From Thermodesulfobacteriota bacterium (GTDB taxonomy: Bacteria > Desulfobacterota_D > UBA1144 > Nemesobacterales > UBA2774), in contig JAWKQD010000007.1 of assembly GCA_041390285.1 (NCBI GenBank), positions 26,675-90,674 of the forward strand: a stretch of DNA of 64,000 bases. The letters run 5' to 3'. The notes beneath the pieces were generated by a model. It worked only from the letters and a program-made list of their open reading frames with translations, did not search any database and was not told the origin of the DNA. Shown here in pieces: positions 38,600 to 48,696 of the stretch (position 1 is the stretch's first letter; each line of letters starts with the position of its first letter). The translations under genes and the position numbers were made by a program.

Positions 38600-41107
38600 T
38601 TAATCGCACTTCGAAAATCCGCAGCTCCTGCACGTCATGCATCCCGCCTCGAAGGCGAGGGCACGGTCGCCGCAGTCGGGGCAGCGCTCGAGGTTGAGGT
38701 CGGTGACCTTCCTGGGGGCCGCGGATGTTTCCGCATGGCCGCTGCTTGCGTTGGCGGGCGCCGCGCCGAAGTGCTTTTTCAGCACCGTGGCTATGGCGTC
38801 CGGAATGGACATTACGAGCTTGCCCTCGGAGAATACCGGCGAGGAGCCGCCTATTCCCTCAAGCTGCTCGACGACGTCCTTTACGCTTATGCCGGAGCGG
38901 AGCGCAAGCGAAACGAGCCTGCCCGTGGCCTCGGCGTCGGCCATCGTGGAGTATCCGGACTTGCCTATCTGAACGAATACCTCGAACGGCCTCCCGCCGT
39001 ATGTGTTTATAGTGACGTACAGATTCCCGTAACCCGTTTTAATGACCTCGGTAAAGCCTTCGAGGTATGGGGGCCTCTTTATGGGCTTTATCTCGGGCAT
39101 TTGGGTTGGACGAGGGGATGAGATGGGGTTGGGGTGATGGGTTTTTTTCATCCCCTCGTCCTGGGTCTGGGTCGGAAGATTTTTTTCGTCTTTGGATTTC
39201 TGCTGGGCGTTCGCCTGGTCTTCAGTGACCAGAATGCCCTCCCTCGAGCCTTCCCTGTATACGGTGATGCCCTTACAGCCGAGCTTCCACGCGAGGAAGT
39301 AGACATTCTCCACTTCGTCGAGCGTTATGTTCTCGGGGAGGTTCACCGTGCTGGAAATGCAAGAGTCTATGTGCTTCTGTATCGCGGCCTGCATCCTGAC
39401 CCTCATCTCGGGCTTGATCTGATGCGAGGTTACGAAGGTGTCGGGCAGCTCTTTTTCGCTGGTCAGGCCGAATTTATCGAGGTATTCGCCCACGAGCGGG
39501 TGGTATACCTTGAACTCGCCCTTGGAAAGGGATTTGGAGCGCCTGAAATAGGAGAGCGCGAACATCGGCTCGACGCCGCTCGTCGTGCCCGCCAGAACCG
39601 AGCCGCTCCCAACGGGGGGAACGGTCAGTATGCAGGCGTTCCTGAGGCCCTGCTTCTTTATCTTGGCCTGGACCCTTTCGTCCACGGTCTTTACGAAGGG
39701 CAGGTTAATGTGCGTATCGCGGTCGTAGACCGGGAAGGTGCCCTTTTCCGTAGCGAGGTCGGAGCTGGCTTCGTATACGGTGTTCTTGATGTGCTCGAAC
39801 ATCTTGTCGGCGAATTCGACCCCCTCGGGCGTGTCGTACTTGATGTTGAGCTTGGCGAGCATGTCGCCGAACCCTGTGAAGCCGACGCCTATGCGCCTCG
39901 AATGCGTCGAGGCCTTGGTCTGGTAGCTGAGCGGGTGCTTATGCATGTTGTAGTCGAGCACGTTGTCGAGGAATCTCACGGAGTACTGGAACGCCTTTTC
40001 GAGCTTCTCCCAGTCGATGGCCGCGTCCTCAGTGAACGCGTCCTTTACGAACGGGGAAAGGTTGATGTTGCCGAGGCAGCAGTTGCCGTAGTCTTCGAGG
40101 GCCTGCTCGCTGCAGGGGTTTACGCCGTTTACTTCCATGCCGCCGTATTCGGTGGGGGAGTATCTCTTGACGGCGTCCCAGAAGATAACCCCGGGCTCCG
40201 CCGACGCCCACGCGGACTTCACGAGCTTTTCCCAGATGTCGCGCGCGCGGACTGTTTTTACGTATTTAACTTTTTGGTTCTCGAAGGTGAGGTCGAAATC
40301 CGTGTCCTGCTCGACGGCCTCCATGAAGGCGTCGGAAATCTTGATGGAGATGTTCGCGAATTTGACCTTGGACCTTTCGTCGTCGTTCTTTACGTCTATG
40401 AATTCGAGTATGTCGGGGTGATCGACGTTAATAGTGATCATGAGAGCGCCGCGCCTTCCCGCCTGGCCTATGGTGCCGGTTGTCGTGGAAAGGAGGTCCA
40501 TGAACGAAACCGCGCCCGTCGAATAAATTGCAGAATTGTTTACGGGAGAGCCCTTGGGCCGGAGGATGGAGATGTCCGTCCCGACGCCGCCGCCGAAGGA
40601 GTACGTGCGCGCCGCTTCCTTACACCATTCGAAGATGCCCTCGATGGAGTCTTCTTTTATGGGCATGAAGTAGCAGTTAAGGAGCGTCGCGCGCCTGTTC
40701 TGCCCCGCGCCGAAGAGGATCCTGCCGCCGGGGATGAATTTGAAGCTCGAGAGGAGCCAGAAGAAGTTGTCTTCCCATTCCTTTTTCAGTTCTTTGGTTT
40801 TTTCGGGCGATGCTATTTCCCTGGCCACCCTTCTCCACATGTCTTCGGGGGTGTGCTCTACTATTTTGCCGTTCTTGTCGCGAAGGGCGTATTTTTCGTA
40901 AAAAACCCTTGCGCGGAGGTCGTCGCCGCCGAAGGCTTCGACCGTTTTCGCGGGGATATCCATTATTCCTTCTTTAAACGGGACCTGTTCTTCGACTTCT
41001 TCAGCCTTTTGAGTGAGGATGTCTTCTTCCTGCATGCCGTTATCGAGGGGCGTTGTGCTGTGGCCGTTTCCGTTGGTTTCCGTGGGGCTGAATTTGTCAG
41101 AAGCCAT
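38600..41107 (-). CDS. nrdJ: class II (adenosylcobalamin-dependent) ribonucleoside-diphosphate/triphosphate reductase
   Basis: 835 aa; FYEKYALRDKNGKIVE, catalytic-site NPCSEQALEDYGNCCLGNINLS, C-terminal zinc ribbon CPDCGDRALAFEAGCMTCRSCG. Confidence 0.9.
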   Translation of the reverse strand: MASDKFSPTETNGNGHSTTPLDNGMQEEDILTQKAEEVEEQVPFKEGIMDIPAKTVEAFGGDDLRARVFYEKYALRDKNGKIVEHTPEDMWRRVAREIASPEKTKELKKEWEDNFFWLLSSFKFIPGGRILFGAGQNRRATLLNCYFMPIKEDSIEGIFEWCKEAARTYSFGGGVGTDISILRPKGSPVNNSAIYSTGAVSFMDLLSTTTGTIGQAGRRGALMITINVDHPDILEFIDVKNDDERSKVKFANISIKISDAFMEAVEQDTDFDLTFENQKVKYVKTVRARDIWEKLVKSAWASAEPGVIFWDAVKRYSPTEYGGMEVNGVNPCSEQALEDYGNCCLGNINLSPFVKDAFTEDAAIDWEKLEKAFQYSVRFLDNVLDYNMHKHPLSYQTKASTHSRRIGVGFTGFGDMLAKLNIKYDTPEGVEFADKMFEHIKNTVYEASSDLATEKGTFPVYDRDTHINLPFVKTVDERVQAKIKKQGLRNACILTVPPVGSGSVLAGTTSGVEPMFALSYFRRSKSLSKGEFKVYHPLVGEYLDKFGLTSEKELPDTFVTSHQIKPEMRVRMQAAIQKHIDSCISSTVNLPENITLDEVENVYFLAWKLGCKGITVYREGSREGILVTEDQANAQQKSKDEKNLPTQTQDEGMKKTHHPNPISSPRPTQMPEIKPIKRPPYLEGFTEVIKTGYGNLYVTINTYGGRPFEVFVQIGKSGYSTMADAEATGRLVSLALRSGISVKDVVEQLEGIGGSSPVFSEGKLVMSIPDAIATVLKKHFGAAPANASSGHAETSAAPRKVTDLNLERCPDCGDRALAFEAGCMTCRSCGFSKCD

Positions 41108-41174
41108 TAATACATCCTCCTTTTAATTTTACTGCCTTTAATCTTAAGTTTAATGCCGTTCATCCCGTTTGCTG

Positions 41175-41225
41175 CATTATATCTTGTACTATGATTCGAT
41201 TACACCACAATATCTTGTGGGTGTC
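41175..41225. promoter_or_regulatory. two candidate NrdR boxes (CATTATATCTTGTACT and near-palindromic CCACAATATCTTGTGG) about 70-120 nt upstream of nrdJ
   Basis: near-palindromic 16-mers resembling the NrdR consensus, spaced about 33 nt, in the 450-nt nrdJ leader. Confidence 0.4.
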
Positions 41226-41558
41226 AATACTAGTATTTCAGTCTGAATACATGCCGGGACGCCAAAATCGAATAAATACGAAAGGTTAACCTGCCGGAAA
41301 ATTTTTTTCTCCGTAAAAATTAATGTCGGCCAAGGGGTTCTGGCACGATTTTAAAGCTCATTTTTAAGCCTTTTTTGGGCCGCTTTCGGTGATTTTGGGC
41401 TGTTTGTCAGAGAAACCGCAGACTGGAAATAAAGCGTGAATTTCATACTAACATTTCCCGGTTTCGTTTACAAGAAGCGGGCGAAAAAATCCTGAAAAAG
41501 AGGGGGAACTAATCGGTTCGGATCAGTAAAACCGTGAGAATTCGATATACTAAGTGGC

Positions 41559-42187
41559 ATGGATAACACAAAAAATACGGATGAAACAAGACAAAATGCA
41601 GTGCTCGAATACTGGTTCGGGGATCTTAAGGAAGGCGAAGCGCCGACGGACGAAGTTATTGCAAAGTGGTGGGGAAAGGACCAGAAAACGGACGATTATA
41701 TACGCGAGAATTTCGGGCGCGACCTTGAAGAGGCGGCCCGCGGGGAGCTTTCACACTGGGAAGAAACCCCGCGAGGGACTCTCGCGCTTGTAATCGTCCT
41801 CGACCAGTTCTCGCGGAACGTGTACAGGGACGACCCGCGCGCCTTTGCACAGGACAGTCTCGCGCTGGAAATCGCCGGGAGGGGCATCTCGAAGGGGTTC
41901 TACATGGGGCTTCATCCGGTGATGAGGGTCTTTTTCTACATGCCGTTCATGCATTCCGAAGACATGGCGATGCAGGAGAGGTCCCTCGAACTGTTCCGGG
42001 GCTCGAAGACGAGTTCAGCCAATTTCCGGACGTCACTTTGATTCTATCTAGTTACAGGGACTTTGCCGAGAGGCATTACAATATCGTCAAGAGGTTCGGA
42101 AGATATCCCCACAGGAACGCGACCCTCGGGAGGGAATCGACGCCGGAGGAGATAGAGTTTCTAAAAGAGCCGGGGTCTTCATTCTGA
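41559..42187 (+). CDS. DUF924 family protein; one apparent frameshift near 42000-42045
   Basis: EYWFGDLKEG...WWGKDQ...FSRNVYRD...YMPFMHSED matches DUF924; C-terminal SSYRDFAERHYNIVKRFGRYPHRNATLGRESTPEEIEFL is in another frame. Confidence 0.7.
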
Positions 42188-42208
42188 ACGACCGGAGGCC
42201 GCCGGAAT

Positions 42209-42574
42209 TTATTCCGAATAGTCGTAGTTGGCGATGACCTTCTCGACCTTGTCTTCGCCGTTAAGCACCATCAGCTCCGCACACGGATGGCCGTTCGGCC
42301 TCGTGTAGTAGTGGACGATGCTGTTTACCCCGGTGTAGACCTCTTTTAACTCGAACCTGAGATCGGGAAATGCCGCAAGGCCTTTCTCGAAATAGGCCCT
42401 GAGGGCATCGCTACCCCTCACGGTGCCTTTCTCGTCGCCGAGCAGTTTTACGACGTTGGGGGATGTGAGCTCCACGTCGTCCGAGTAATGGGACATTATG
42501 GAATCGAGGTCGTGGCTGTTCCACGCATCTATCCATTCACGGGCAATTTCGCGGGCCTTATCTTGAGAGATCAT
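42209..42574 (-). CDS. SnoaL-like / NTF2-like (ketosteroid isomerase-fold) protein
   Basis: 121 aa; AREWIDAWNSHDLDSIMSHYSDDVEL pattern. Confidence 0.6.
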   Translation of the reverse strand: MISQDKAREIAREWIDAWNSHDLDSIMSHYSDDVELTSPNVVKLLGDEKGTVRGSDALRAYFEKGLAAFPDLRFELKEVYTGVNSIVHYYTRPNGHPCAELMVLNGEDKVEKVIANYDYSE

Positions 42575-42675
42575 TTTGGGATATTACCCGGGTTTTCAGG
42601 CTCGCGCACGAAGAGCCGAGAACCTGGGCGGAATGTTCGAGGAGGCGCCCTCAGGGGGCACCCCCTCGTTATCGT

Positions 42676-43074
42676 TTAAAGTCTTGCTTCTATCTTGCTG
42701 AGGATGTAGCGAGAGAGAGTTTCGTCGCCGAAGGTTCCCACCCTGATCGTGATTTCCGTCAGGTTGTTCCCGACCCTCTTGAGGCTTATCTTGACCGTTT
42801 TGTTGTCGGCAGTTTTAGCTTCGAGCTCGCCCGAGACGGCGTCGTGGATCTTGTTTATGACGAGAAACTGAAGCTCGTCTACGGCGCCTTCGGTGGCTTT
42901 CCATGCTTTCTCCATGGATGCTTCTTCGGTGGCTTTGAGCTCGCCCTTTATATAGGCGACCGTTCCCGCACCCGCCACCGCCGCGCCGCCCACAGCCGCC
43001 GCCGCGAGACACCCTGTGAGTATAAGCGGCGAGGCCGCGATAAGAAGTAAAAGAATGAGCTGTTGTCTTTTCAT
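42676..43074 (-). CDS. DUF3568-like lipoprotein
   Basis: lipobox LILTGC, Gly/Ala-rich linker, 132 aa. Confidence 0.5.
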   Translation of the reverse strand: MKRQQLILLLLIAASPLILTGCLAAAAVGGAAVAGAGTVAYIKGELKATEEASMEKAWKATEGAVDELQFLVINKIHDAVSGELEAKTADNKTVKISLKRVGNNLTEITIRVGTFGDETLSRYILSKIEARL

Positions 43075-43439
43075 GAATTCCTTGCCTCCATGGGTCTGGA
43101 TTATTGTTACGAAACCGCGTGGAATTTATCGGATATTCAATTATATCCGGGTATAGATGATAAACGCAACCAAAATCGTCACGCCCGGATCAAGGAACAT
43201 GGAGACCGCTTCTGATCCGCGGCGGGTAAGTGGCTCGGGGACGTTGCCGAGACGCGTCAGGTATCGTTTTGCAGCCGGTTTTGAGCCCGCGCGCGGCGGG
43301 ATTGTTTTAGTCTCCGGGTTTTCAAAAAATGCTTTTTGCAGTAAAAATATGACTGCATTCTTTTGTATCCACCGTTTGGGACATCTCTTAATCCGCCGGA
43401 TCCCGGCGAGGGATCCTTTTTCGAAGGGGGCTGCTGTTC

Positions 43440-44690
43440 ATGAAAAGACTCTTTAAAGAGAATCATCTGCTTGCAGGAATTATCGCCGGCGTCATATTGG
43501 GCGGCTTAGTCGGCTCCCTCTTTCCCGAAACGGGCGTGAGCCTGGGCTTTCTGGGAACGCTCTTCCTGAACGCGCTCAAGATGATAGTGATCCCTCTTAT
43601 CATCGTATCCATAACCCTCAGCATAATGAGCATGGAGAATTTCGGCAGGCTGGGGCTTAAGACCATCGCCTATTTCGCCGTGACCACGGGCATCGCGGTA
43701 ACCATCGGAATATTCGTCGTCAACATAGTTCATCCCGGCGCGGGGACCGCCGTCCTGTCGGGGGAGATGCCGGAGATGGTGAAGTCGAAGGAGAGCATGA
43801 GCATAATCGACATACTGGTCGAGGAGTTTGTGTCTCCGAACCTCTTCAACTCGGCCGCCGATTTCGACATACTGCCGCTGATTATCGCATCGATACTTTT
43901 CGGCGCGGCCTTCGCGAGCCTCGGGACGGACAAGAAGCCGCTGGTCGAAATATTCTCGCTCCTAGACAGGGCGATAATGAAAATAGTCCACTGGATAATG
44001 CTCTTCACCCCGATCGGCATATTCAGCCTGATAGCCGAGCGGATAGGGATCGCGGGCGGGGGGAGCCAGGTTTATCACCTCGCGATGGAGCTCGGGAAGT
44101 ATATCTTCTCCGTTGTGCTCGGGCTGTTCATTCACGGCGTCATAGTCCTGCCGCTGATCCTGTTCCTGTTCACGAGGCGAAGCCCGCTCAGGTACGTGTC
44201 GAAGATGGGCAAGGCTCTTTTGACGGCTTTCTCTACGGCGTCCTCTTCGGCGACGCTGCCGCTTAGCATGGAGGCGGTCGTCGAAGAAGCGAAAGTGAGC
44301 CCGAGGGTAGGGCGGTTCGTCGTTCCGATGGGGGCGACGATAAACATGGACGGAACCGCGCTTTACGAGGCCGTGGCCGCCATATTCATCGCACAGAGCT
44401 TCGGCATCGATCTGAGCATTATCGAGATGGTGATAATTTTCTTCACCGCGACGCTGGCGGCTGTAGGGGCGGCCGGCATACCCGAGGCCGGGCTCGTGAC
44501 GATGGTGCTCGTGCTGCGCGCAGTGGGGCTCCCGCTCGAAGGAATCGGGCTGCTGCTGGCCGTGGACTGGCTGCTGGACAGGTTCAGGACGACTGTGAAC
44601 GTATGGGGCGACTGCATAGCCGCAGCGGTCATAGACGCATGGGAAGGGCGGAAAGCCGGGCCGGTGAGTAACCTGCCGCTCCCGGAGTAA
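43440..44690 (+). CDS. dicarboxylate/amino acid:cation symporter (DAACS / GltP family)
   Basis: 416 aa, 8+ TM, hairpin-loop motifs SSSATLP and GATINMDGTALYEAVAAIFIAQ. Confidence 0.9.
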   Translation: MKRLFKENHLLAGIIAGVILGGLVGSLFPETGVSLGFLGTLFLNALKMIVIPLIIVSITLSIMSMENFGRLGLKTIAYFAVTTGIAVTIGIFVVNIVHPGAGTAVLSGEMPEMVKSKESMSIIDILVEEFVSPNLFNSAADFDILPLIIASILFGAAFASLGTDKKPLVEIFSLLDRAIMKIVHWIMLFTPIGIFSLIAERIGIAGGGSQVYHLAMELGKYIFSVVLGLFIHGVIVLPLILFLFTRRSPLRYVSKMGKALLTAFSTASSSATLPLSMEAVVEEAKVSPRVGRFVVPMGATINMDGTALYEAVAAIFIAQSFGIDLSIIEMVIIFFTATLAAVGAAGIPEAGLVTMVLVLRAVGLPLEGIGLLLAVDWLLDRFRTTVNVWGDCIAAAVIDAWEGRKAGPVSNLPLPE

Positions 44691-44699
44691 GGGACTTTG

Positions 44700-45560
44700 C
44701 TAGAGCGACTTGGCCTCGAACGTGTTACAGGCCTCTATGTCCCCGGAGTCGAGCCCCTTCTTGAACCATCTTACGCGCTGCGCGGAGCTTCCGTGCGTGA
44801 ACGAGTCAGGGGTGACGTGGCCCTGGGCCTGCCTTTGAAGCCTGTCGTCGCCTATGCTGCTCGCGGCGTTGAGCCCTTCTTCGATGTCACCTTCCTCCAG
44901 TATCTGGCGCGACTCGTGAGCGTTGTGCGCCCATACGCCTGCAAAGCAGTCGGCCTGAAGCTCCTGCATGACGGAGAGCCTGTTCGCCTCGGTTTGACTG
45001 GACCTTTGCTGCGCCTTGTAGACCTGCTCCGATATGCCGAGGAGGTTCTGGACGTGGTGGCCGACCTCGTGCGCTATGACGTAGGCCTGCGCGAAGTCGC
45101 CGGGCGCGTTGTACCTGTTCTTGAGGTCCCTGTAGAAAGACAGGTCGATGTAGACCTTCTGGTCCCCGGGGCAGTAGAAGGGCCCGACGGCGGACTGCGC
45201 ATAGCCGCAGGCGGATTCCACGGCGCCTGAAAAAAGGACCAGCGTCGGCTCGCGGTACGAGCCGTTATACTGTGCGAATATCTCCGTCCAGGTGTCTTCG
45301 GTGTCGGCGAGAACGACGGAGACGAAGTCGGCGAGCTCCTGATCTTCCCCGGATATCGGCTGCTGCTCGTAATATGAGGACTGGTCCACTCCCGTAGACG
45401 ATATATCGCTAAGGAGCTTGGACGGGTCGGCGCCCAGAAGGACGGCGATAATGATGATGACGATCAGCCCGAGCCCTCCGCCGGCGGCGCCCCGGCCCCC
45501 GAGCCTTACGCCCCTCCTGTCCTCGACGTTGGTGCTCCTGCGGCCCATTCTCCATCTCAT
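44700..45560 (-). CDS. putative neutral zinc metallopeptidase (YpfJ family)
   Basis: N-terminal TM plus Gly-rich region, HEVGHHVQ zinc motif. Confidence 0.8.
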   Translation of the reverse strand: MRWRMGRRSTNVEDRRGVRLGGRGAAGGGLGLIVIIIIAVLLGADPSKLLSDISSTGVDQSSYYEQQPISGEDQELADFVSVVLADTEDTWTEIFAQYNGSYREPTLVLFSGAVESACGYAQSAVGPFYCPGDQKVYIDLSFYRDLKNRYNAPGDFAQAYVIAHEVGHHVQNLLGISEQVYKAQQRSSQTEANRLSVMQELQADCFAGVWAHNAHESRQILEEGDIEEGLNAASSIGDDRLQRQAQGHVTPDSFTHGSSAQRVRWFKKGLDSGDIEACNTFEAKSL

Positions 45561-45658
45561 GGCTTATACCCCCGAAGTCGGCTTAGAATTCAAAAATTAA
45601 CATATTTTAAGGGCCCCGGCCACAGGATATTCTGATATAATCCTGACGGGTCAGGCAT

Positions 45659-46386
45659 ATGAAAACAAAGGCGCTTTTATCGTGGAGCGGCGGCAAGGAC
45701 TGCGCGGCGGCTCTCAGAGGTTCTCGCCGAGGGCAGGCTCGACGTGGCGGCGCTCGTGACGACCGTTAGGCGGGATACGAGAGGATAAGCATGCACGGCG
45801 TGAGGGTCGAACTCCTCCGCGAGCAGGCGAGTGCGCTCGGCATTCCTCTAGAAGAGGCGGTGATCCCGCAGGCGGCGTCTAACGAGGCGTACGAGGCCGC
45901 CCTCGAAAGCGTTCTCCTCCGCTACAGCGGGTCCATCACGAAGATCGTTTACGGGGACATATTCCTCGAGGACGTAAGGAAATACAGGGAGGAGCATTTG
46001 CGGCGGCTCGGGTTCGAGTGCGAATTTCCGATATGGGGGATCGATACAAGGGAGCTTGCGCGGGAGTTTATAGAGGCCGGGATGAGGGCCGTCGTCGTGT
46101 GCGTGGACGGCGAGGCGCTCGGCGGGGAGTTCGCCGGGAGGGAGTACGACAGTGATTTTCTTTCCTCTCTTCCGGACGGCGTAGATCCATGCGGGGAGAA
46201 CGGGAGTTTCACACGTTCGTCTACGACGGGCCGATATTCAGCCGGAGGGTAGGGTTCCGAAAGGGCGAGGTCGTAAAGAGGGACGGCAGGTTTTATTTCG
46301 GGACCTTCTGCCGGCCTCGGAAAAATGAAATCCTTTTCCTCAGACCTCGATTATTATCTTGTGCGAGTGGGGTTTTAGTTTCTTAA
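45659..46386 (+). CDS. PP-loop ATP-binding protein, MJ0570/Dph6 (diphthine-ammonia ligase N-domain, DUF71) family; about 3 apparent frameshifts
   Basis: MKTKALLSWSGGKDCAAAL (SGGKDS PP-loop); continues in other frames as EVLAEGRLDVAALVTTV.. MHGVRVELLREQASALGIPLEE.. FPIWGIDTRELAREFIEAGMRAVVVCVDG.. GENGEFHTFVYDGPIF (C-terminal ORF 46189-46386). Confidence 0.7.
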
Positions 46387-46561
46387 GGAACTTGTCCGTG
46401 AGCATGGAATCGGGGATGTTCCTGAGGACGACCGTCGAGCTGAACATCCTCGCCGTCTCTATTATCTCGTCCATGCTGCCTTCGTATTCCGACGCGTCTA
46501 TGGAGACGCCGAAGCCTATATGCATGAGCTCGACTGCCTTCGATTGTTTTTCTTCGTTCAT
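46340..46561 (-). CDS. small hypothetical protein (73 aa)
   Basis: intact ORF between two plus-strand genes; no recognisable motif; could be spurious. Confidence 0.25.
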   Translation of the reverse strand: MNEEKQSKAVELMHIGFGVSIDASEYEGSMDEIIETARMFSSTVVLRNIPDSMLTDKFLKKLKPHSHKIIIEV

Positions 46562-46648
46562 GGTACACCGCCTCGTTTTTTGGACTTAATAATGTATCTG
46601 AATTCAAAAAAGAAAAGCCCGGTTAGATTATTTTCAGCGGGGTTATAT

Positions 46649-47300
46649 ATGAAGAGAAGACCTGAGCCTGAGCTTATGACCGAAGCGGAGCAGGTGGCCG
46701 CATACGGGAATGCGGACTTCGAGGAGCCGCATTCGCATTTCGTGAATCTCCTCCTGGAACGTATGCCGAGGGGTGTGGATGTTACGCGGGCGCTCGACCT
46801 CGGGTGCGGCGCGGGCGACATCACATTCAGGATAGCCGCGGCCTTTCCCAATGCGCTGGTCGATGCCGTGGACGGCTCCGCCGAGATGCTGAAATTCGCC
46901 GGAGGGCTCCTCGAACGAAAGCCCGGGCTTTCGGGGAGAGTGAGATTTATCCGCAGCATGATCGGGGATTTCGAGCCCGGGGGCGAATACGGGCTCATCG
47001 TAAGCAACAGCCTCCTTCATCACCTGCCCGACCCGGCTATCATGTGGAGTCGGTGAAGCGGTTCTCGTCGCCGGGGACGTTCATATTCGTCATGGATCTA
47101 CACCGCCCGGAAAGCGAGGGAGACGCAAAGAGACTCACGGAGCTTTATGCATCTGCCGAGCCGGAAATCCTGCAGAGGGATTTTTATAACTCGCTATTGG
47201 CCGCGTTCGACGTGGGGAAGTGAGGGCGCAGCTCGAATCGCACGGACTCTCGCACTTGCAAACGGAGATCGTGAGCGACAGGCACTTTATCGTATACGGC
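46649..47300 (+). CDS. class I SAM-dependent methyltransferase; 1-2 apparent frameshifts (near 47040 and 47215)
   Basis: motif I ALDLGCGAGDITFRIAA, motif II VDAVDGSAEML, LIVSNSLLHHLPDP; C-terminal ...DLHRPESEGDAKRLTELYASAEPEILQRDFYNSLLAAFDVGEVRAQLESHGLSHLQTEIVSDRHFIVYG in shifted frames; 3' end approximate. Confidence 0.65.
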
Positions 47301-47336
47301 CCCTCGCACAGATCAATCACCGGACTGAACGCACCT
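47107..47336 (+). repeat. copy 1 of about 230-bp imperfect direct repeat (3' end of methyltransferase gene); copy 2 at 49032-49260, about 75-80 % identity
   Basis: alignable strings CCGGAAAG..GAGGTGAGGGCGCAGCTCGAATC..CAGGCACTTTATCGT.TACGGCCC..CTGAACGC.CCT in both copies. Confidence 0.8.
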
Positions 47337-47365
47337 CGCGGGGAAGGAGGCTGGAAACGAAGTTT

Positions 47366-47422
47366 TCGGTATGGGGAATCGATACAAGCGAGCTTACGCG
47401 GGGGTTTATAGAGACCGGGATG
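47366..47422 (+). repeat. degenerate 57-bp copy of an internal fragment of the Dph6-like gene (original 46028-46084), abutting the mscS stop codon
   Basis: TCGGTATGGGGAATCGATACAAGCGAGCTTACGCGGGGGTTTATAGAGACCGGGATG vs CCGATATGGGGGATCGATACAAGGGAGCTTGCGCGGGAGTTTATAGAGGCCGGGATG (translates VWGIDTSELTRGFIETGM vs PIWGIDTRELAREFIEAGM). Confidence 0.8.
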
Positions 47423-47424
47423 TA

Positions 47425-48696
47425 TCAGTCCTTCTTTTTGTTTAATAGATGATCGAGTGGGAGGTTCACAAATCTAAACGGAGGGGCTTCGTAATCTTTC
47501 GAGATGAACTCATCGGGCATATTTATCTTGTTGCCGTCCCTAACGGCTGTTAAACCGGGCGATGCAATCTCTATGCCTGTACTATGGAAATGAATCTGTA
47601 TGTTTCTGTGTAATCTGCTATAGATTTGGTTCATAGATTTTGAATCATTACAGTAGACATTCAGCTCGTATCTTACGTAGTAATCCTCAAGAGCTTTCTG
47701 CAGAACAAAAGGCTCGGGGTTCTTTTCTACCCCTTCCGTGGCCAGCGCCGCTTCTATGAGACACTTCTCAACCTTCTCGAACGGCGCGTCGTATCCAATC
47801 GTAACATCCGTTTCGAGAATCAATCCGTTTTCACGTTCCAACGTGCTGTAATTAATTATGTGATCATTGAGTAATAATGAATTCGGAATTGTTACAATTC
47901 TATTCTTCTGGGTCATAATCCTGGTCACGAAAACCGACTTGTCGTATACATCACCTATAGTTCCGGAAACCTTCACCCTGTCGCCGACCTTAAAAGCCCT
48001 TGTATAAGTCAGAACGATACCGGAGATCAAATTAGCGATAGTGCCGCTGCCTCCCAGAGAAAACAGAACCCCAAGAAATATCGATACCCCCTGAAATGCC
48101 GGCGAGCCGCTGCCGGGCAAATAGGGGAACATCATTATTACAGTAAAAGCCACAACCAGAATACGGACAAGGGTAAATGTAGGAGAGGCCCAATCCTGAT
48201 CAAATCCTTTTATTTTGACTCTTCCTGTCTGGATAGATTGGAAAAATAGTTTGAAAAAAGATAAGGCGTACTTTGCTATAACGTAGATGATAAACAGGAT
48301 GATAATATTCGGTATGTATGCAATAATTCCGCCAACCACGAAACCCACAACGTTAGCCCCATAATTAAACAATCTCGTAGCTAACCCGTGTGTGACCGGA
48401 AATAAATAAAAGATAAAATTCAAGTAAACATAAATCAGGATGAGGTAGATTATCGTTGCAAACAGATCGTATATCTTTAATGTAATTTGTACCGATTGTT
48501 CTTCCGTTATTATCTGATAGCCCTGGTACTTGCAGGCGAGTGCTTCCGACATTTTCCAGTTATTAATACCGCGTCGTATCCTGCGTATAAAAAATCTGCA
48601 AACAAAAAATACAGCTATTGTAAAAATTGTTGTGACGATTGCGGAGAATAGAGGCACTACTATAGATTCGATTTTACTTGATTCGAAATCAGGCAA
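47425..48696 (-). CDS. mechanosensitive ion channel, MscS family, on an AT-rich (about 40 % GC) islet
   Basis: 423 aa, N-terminal TM helices, conserved pore/beta-domain region GVSIFLGVLFSLGGSGTIANLISGIVLTYTRAFKVGDRVKVSGTIGDVYDKSVFVTRIMTQKNRIVTIPNSLLLNDHIINYS. Confidence 0.85.
   Translation of the reverse strand: MPDFESSKIESIVVPLFSAIVTTIFTIAVFFVCRFFIRRIRRGINNWKMSEALACKYQGYQIITEEQSVQITLKIYDLFATIIYLILIYVYLNFIFYLFPVTHGLATRLFNYGANVVGFVVGGIIAYIPNIIILFIIYVIAKYALSFFKLFFQSIQTGRVKIKGFDQDWASPTFTLVRILVVAFTVIMMFPYLPGSGSPAFQGVSIFLGVLFSLGGSGTIANLISGIVLTYTRAFKVGDRVKVSGTIGDVYDKSVFVTRIMTQKNRIVTIPNSLLLNDHIINYSTLERENGLILETDVTIGYDAPFEKVEKCLIEAALATEGVEKNPEPFVLQKALEDYYVRYELNVYCNDSKSMNQIYSRLHRNIQIHFHSTGIEIASPGLTAVRDGNKINMPDEFISKDYEAPPFRFVNLPLDHLLNKKKD

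Noticed and set aside
39134-41110. 658-aa plus-strand ORF
   Set aside because: Entirely antisense to nrdJ, which has unmistakable class II RNR motifs; no motifs of its own
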